A stretch of DNA of 64,000 bases from Gemmatimonadaceae bacterium (GTDB taxonomy: Bacteria; Gemmatimonadota; Gemmatimonadetes; Gemmatimonadales; Gemmatimonadaceae). Where the stretch lies: positions 320,001 through 384,000 of the forward strand of contig JBHYGA010000004.1 of the NCBI GenBank assembly GCA_051859245.1. Reading direction: 5' to 3'. The stretch's first letter is position 1; each line of letters opens with the position of its first letter. Below, piece after piece: positions 63,438 to 64,000 of this stretch. The translations under genes and the position numbers were made by a program. Under the pieces are notes generated by a model. The model did no database searches, had not been told where the DNA came from, and worked only from the letters and a program-made list of their open reading frames with translations.

Positions 63438-64000
63438 GTGCCTCACGCAAGGCGCAACAATACGGTCGCACTGCGTGCCGGGGTGCAGTGCCTGCTGTTC
63501 CTCGCATGTGCAAGCCCCGAACAGAACCGTGATCGCGCAACTCAAGCCGGCGCGACGCCCTCGATCAGCAGTGGAGCATTCGCCGAGTATGCCATCCGCG
63601 ATACGATCGCCGAGTGCGCGGCGTGCGCTATTGAACTGACACCACTCGTTTCGCTCGGTAGCGAATCAGATTCGGTTCTTCTTACGCGCACACCTGTCAT
63701 CGCGCGCGACAGTCGTGGACGAACCATCGCGGCCGTGCGCGATAACGGATTTGAGCCGGTAATCGTGTATCGAGCGGACGGCACGATTGAACGAACACTC
63801 GGCAGACACGGAAGCGGGCCCGGTGAACACGAACGGGTTGAAGCGATTGCCGTAACGGAGGGCGATTCAGTCGTGCTCGCGCACAGCTACCGGCGCGTCT
63901 CCGTTTTTGCTCCCGACGGGCGATACGTGCGTGGTGGGACGTTGCCCAGTGCACCCCGCGCCATCCTGTATGCCACGAACGGAGACTTGATCATCAATGC
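63438..64000 (+). CDS. 6-bladed beta-propeller lipoprotein (CxxC subtype), runs off the window
   Basis: Manual translation: lipobox FLAC, ECAACAIELTPLVSLG, ARDSRGR and GRHGSGPGEH. Confidence 0.7.
   Translation, partial: MPHARRNNTVALRAGVQCLLFLACASPEQNRDRATQAGATPSISSGAFAEYAIRDTIAECAACAIELTPLVSLGSESDSVLLTRTPVIARDSRGRTIAAVRDNGFEPVIVYRADGTIERTLGRHGSGPGEHERVEAIAVTEGDSVVLAHSYRRVSVFAPDGRYVRGGTLPSAPRAILYATNGDLIIN

Overview
High-GC bacterial chromosome segment, probably from a Gemmatimonadota (Gemmatimonas-like) organism; this assignment is inferred from gene content only. It spans the replication origin: dnaN-oriC-dnaA on the minus strand and rpmH-rnpA-yidD-yidC-mnmE on the plus strand. polA, pyrE and the RNase P RNA gene (rnpB) lie to the left. 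Right of mnmE is a mosaic of core and accessory genes: five members of a 6-bladed beta-propeller family (one pseudogenised, one running off the end), a VapBC pair, GH3 and GH29 glycosidases, upp, a ClC channel, M16/S9/M8-like peptidases, a cyanobacterial-type light-dependent protochlorophyllide oxidoreductase (LPOR), and an ECF42/DGPF sigma module with ArsR-SRPBCC units. The best candidates for undescribed systems are (i) a secreted Ig-like + JAB/MPN-motif lipoprotein with a tightly linked secreted partner (toxin/immunity-like), (ii) a beta-propeller coupled to a Cys/His-rich secreted protein, (iii) a palindromic 9-nt-periodic repeat element that also appears in frame inside mnmE, and (iv) duplicated lipoproteins sharing a bipartite promoter-like motif. 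I found no CRISPR array, tRNA, rRNA, transposase or integrase. All family calls come from motif recognition by eye, not from database searches.
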